From Candidatus Shapirobacteria bacterium CG_4_10_14_0_8_um_filter_39_15 (GTDB lineage Bacteria; Patescibacteriota; Microgenomatia; UM-FILTER-39-15), in contig PFLE01000011.1 of assembly GCA_002784465.1 (NCBI GenBank), positions 3,966-67,965 on the forward strand: DNA of 64,000 bases. The letters are read 5' to 3'. The notes beneath the pieces were generated by a model that saw only the letters and a list, made by a program, of their open reading frames with translations, was not told where the DNA came from and ran no database searches. The translations under genes and the position numbers were made by a program. This document shows positions 61,584 through 64,000 of the stretch, piece by piece; the stretch's first letter is position 1, and every line of letters begins with the position of its first letter.

Positions 61584-64000
61584 TCGTTCAAACGTTTGAT
61601 CGAAAGAGTCTCGCCTTCATGAATCTCCGAAGCCAATGTTTGTTTCTTAATAAAATCTTCAAAAGCTTTTTGTACATTTGGAATATATACAATGACTTTT
61701 TCGTCTAGTAAACAGCCGGCAGTTTTCCTCAACTCTTGAATTTGCCGAATCAGATCTCTAACCTCGCCCTCAATCTTCAGTTCTTCGTTTATATTTGTGT
61801 CCAACTCAACTTTCAGCTCACCCTTTCCTTGTAAAACTTCTACCTTCTTTACGTTCAATTCATCTTCGATCAATTTCAATAATTCATTATCTAACTTCTC
61901 GTTTCCCTGCCTCGCCGCAAGGCGGGCCACTTCCAACTTCAATTTTTGTAAGGGTTGTCTCACCTTAATTCCTGCCTCTTTTCTTTTTGCGTGTCCCATC
62001 TCGCATATTTCCCTCACCATCCTCATCTCCCGCACCAACCCCATATCGATTTTCCCCACCGCAGGCCAATCAGACAGATGAACCGATTCCTCTTTCGTTA
62101 AATTTCGATAAATATCCTCCGCCAAGAAAGGTGTAAACGGCCCTAACAGCCGTGCCAGACTAACCAAGACTTCCCAAAGAGTTTCGTAGCATGAATCCTT
62201 GTCTTCCTGATTTGCTGTCGATGGACCGATCCGATCCCGTGATCTACGAATATACCAAGTTGACAAATCCGAGACGAAATCTTCAATCGCATGACTGGCG
62301 GTATAGGCGTCATATTTTTCTAACGATTCGGTCACAGTCTTTACCAGTTCATTCAATCTCGCCATTATCCATCTATCCAAAATGTTTCTCGCTTCCCGCT
62401 TCTCACCTCCCATTTCCCACTGGTCAATATTTGCATAGGTAACAAAGAAATTGTATATGTTCCAGAGAATCAAGTGAAATTTCCTTCTGGTTTCATCGGC
62501 CACATGATAACCAAAATTTAAATTGATTTCGGGATTTTGCGTCACGTACATCCACCGCATCACATCCACCCCGATTTTTTCGGCTGCCTCATCAAACCAG
62601 ATCGCGTTCCCCTTACTTTTGTGCATCTCTTCACCCTTTTCGTCCATCACGGTGGCATAGCCGAATAACGACTTAAAAGGATTGGTGTCTTCCATAACCG
62701 TTGACATCACTAATAATGAATAAAACCAGTTCTTAAACTGTCCCGGAAAGGATTCGGTCACAAAATCGGCCGGAAACCAATCTTTCGGCAAAGTTGAGAA
62801 AGGCACAATTCCGGCATCAAGCCAGGGATTTCCCACGTCTTTAATTCGGTTCATTAATTTTCCACACTTCGGACATTTTATTTTAACTTTATCGACCCAA
62901 GGACGATGTGGTGAATGATCCCAAAATCCTTTACCCTGAGCATCAGCGAAGGGCTCAACGGTCTTTTCTTTTAGCTCTTTCTTACTGCCGATTACCTCGA
63001 AATATCCGCATTCGCACTCCCAAATGGGTAAAGCCAGTCCCCAATATCTTTTTTTGGAAATTAACCAATCGTGCATATTTTTTATCCAATCAAGTTCCTG
63101 ATCCTTGCCCCAAGAAGGAATCCAGGTGATTTTTTCAACCACTTTTCGCATCGGATCACGCAGCGGATCCATTTTTATATACCATTCATCAACCACCCGC
63201 CAAACCAATTCGGTTTTACATCGCCAACACTGGGGATAACGATGAGTATATTTTTCAAGTTTAAATAAAAATTTCCCGTTATCTTTTTCTTTCAGAAAAC
63301 CAAATATCAATCCCGGGTCGTCTTTAGCATTTTTACCGGTTAAATCTCCATAACCATCAACATAGTTTGCGGCTTCATCTATTACCTCCACAATTGGTAG
63401 TTTCTCTCTTACGCCAAGTTGGAAATCCTCCGTACCGGCGCCGGGAACGATATGAACAATACCCGTACCTTCTTCGGCCGTCACTAAATCCTTTTCCAAA
63501 AAAACAAGATGATAAGTTTCCGGATAATCTTTTTTTGCCTGAATATTAATCGGTAGGTCGTCAAACGGCGCCGTATAATGTTCTCCTGCCAACTCAATTC
63601 CCCTGATTTCCCTGATTAACCTGATTTCCCTGATTCCAAACACTTTCGGTGCCAGATCTTTTGCCAAGATTAAAGTTTCTTTCTCTCCTTCTACTTCAAA
63701 TTCCCCATAGGTAAAGGTCGGGTTAACCGCTAAAGCAATATCGGCCGGAATTGTCCAGGGAGTGGTCGTCCAGACCAAAAATGCGGATGGATGATCAGAA
63801 TTTAAACGGTGACACTTAAAATAAACGGAAGTATGGGTTATTTCTTTATATTCTTCTGTTAAAATCTCGTGTTGAGAAATAGCCGTGCCGCAACGCGGAC
63901 ACCAGGGAACGCTGTCTCTACCTTTATACAACCAACCATTTTCGTGACACTGACGAAGGAAGTGCCAAATCATATAATTATTTTCATCAGACATTGTGTA
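61580..64000 (-). CDS. ileS: isoleucyl-tRNA synthetase, N-terminus beyond the window end
   Basis: ...MIWHFLRQCHENGWLYKGRDSVPWCPRCGTAISQHE..., KMSKS-type region, C-terminal Zn-finger-like. Contains the in-frame CCTGATTTC-type repeat at 63601-63637. The ORF-track Met at 63994 is internal. Confidence 0.9.
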   Translation of the reverse strand, partial: YTMSDENNYMIWHFLRQCHENGWLYKGRDSVPWCPRCGTAISQHEILTEEYKEITHTSVYFKCHRLNSDHPSAFLVWTTTPWTIPADIALAVNPTFTYGEFEVEGEKETLILAKDLAPKVFGIREIRLIREIRGIELAGEHYTAPFDDLPINIQAKKDYPETYHLVFLEKDLVTAEEGTGIVHIVPGAGTEDFQLGVREKLPIVEVIDEAANYVDGYGDLTGKNAKDDPGLIFGFLKEKDNGKFLFKLEKYTHRYPQCWRCKTELVWRVVDEWYIKMDPLRDPMRKVVEKITWIPSWGKDQELDWIKNMHDWLISKKRYWGLALPIWECECGYFEVIGSKKELKEKTVEPFADAQGKGFWDHSPHRPWVDKVKIKCPKCGKLMNRIKDVGNPWLDAGIVPFSTLPKDWFPADFVTESFPGQFKNWFYSLLVMSTVMEDTNPFKSLFGYATVMDEKGEEMHKSKGNAIWFDEAAEKIGVDVMRWMYVTQNPEINLNFGYHVADETRRKFHLILWNIYNFFVTYANIDQWEMGGEKREARNILDRWIMARLNELVKTVTESLEKYDAYTASHAIEDFVSDLSTWYIRRSRDRIGPSTANQEDKDSCYETLWEVLVSLARLLGPFTPFLAEDIYRNLTKEESVHLSDWPAVGKIDMGLVREMRMVREICEMGHAKRKEAGIKVRQPLQKLKLEVARLAARQGNEKLDNELLKLIEDELNVKKVEVLQGKGELKVELDTNINEELKIEGEVRDLIRQIQELRKTAGCLLDEKVIVYIPNVQKAFEDFIKKQTLASEIHEGETLSIKRLNE

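Overview
This is about 64 kb of a low-GC (roughly 35-38 %), gene-dense bacterial sequence. The gene complement and style suggest a streamlined Patescibacteria/CPR-like organism, but that is inference. Genes that point this way are lexA, gatCAB, polX, rsmI, a GT2/GT39 envelope-glycosylation cluster, many tiny ORFs and leaderless or weak-SD starts. Most genes sit on the minus strand in tight operons: gpmI-eno-ppsA, xseAB, purF/PRTase/pyrB, dnaE, gatC-gatA-MFS-gatB, htpX-lemA-polX, and rpmA-rplU-ftsW-ileS.

On top of this backbone the window has several accessory features. (1) A LexA-like repressor/S24 autopeptidase is fused in one ORF to a beta-class DNA amino-methyltransferase and is convergent with a PD-(D/E)xK nuclease-like ORF. 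I read this as a candidate SOS-wired restriction-modification module. (2) Two paralogous REP-associated tyrosine transposase (RAYT-like, HuH/Y1) genes are each flanked by inverted copies of their own palindromic REP-like element. One REP family (REP-B) is scattered at seven or more intergenic sites in the window. (3) A second family of about 33-nt hairpins has conserved flanks (GTCATTCC ... GGAATCTATAyAA) and compensatory stem changes. (4) An approximately 860-nt GC-rich locus with no long ORF sits behind a near-consensus sigma70 promoter and is a candidate large structured RNA. (5) A high-GC (about 50-58 %) island at 28.4-32.2 kb encodes an ECF transporter and a 5-FCL-family protein. (6) A decayed IS1595-family element lies next to a Nudix pseudogene. 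(7) A tRNA appears split around a tRNA-Glu and a GIY-YIG gene. (8) In-frame EIR-encoding microsatellite insertions occur inside gatB, polX, ileS and a GT39-like gene. There are eight tRNA genes or fragments. No rRNA or CRISPR array was seen.
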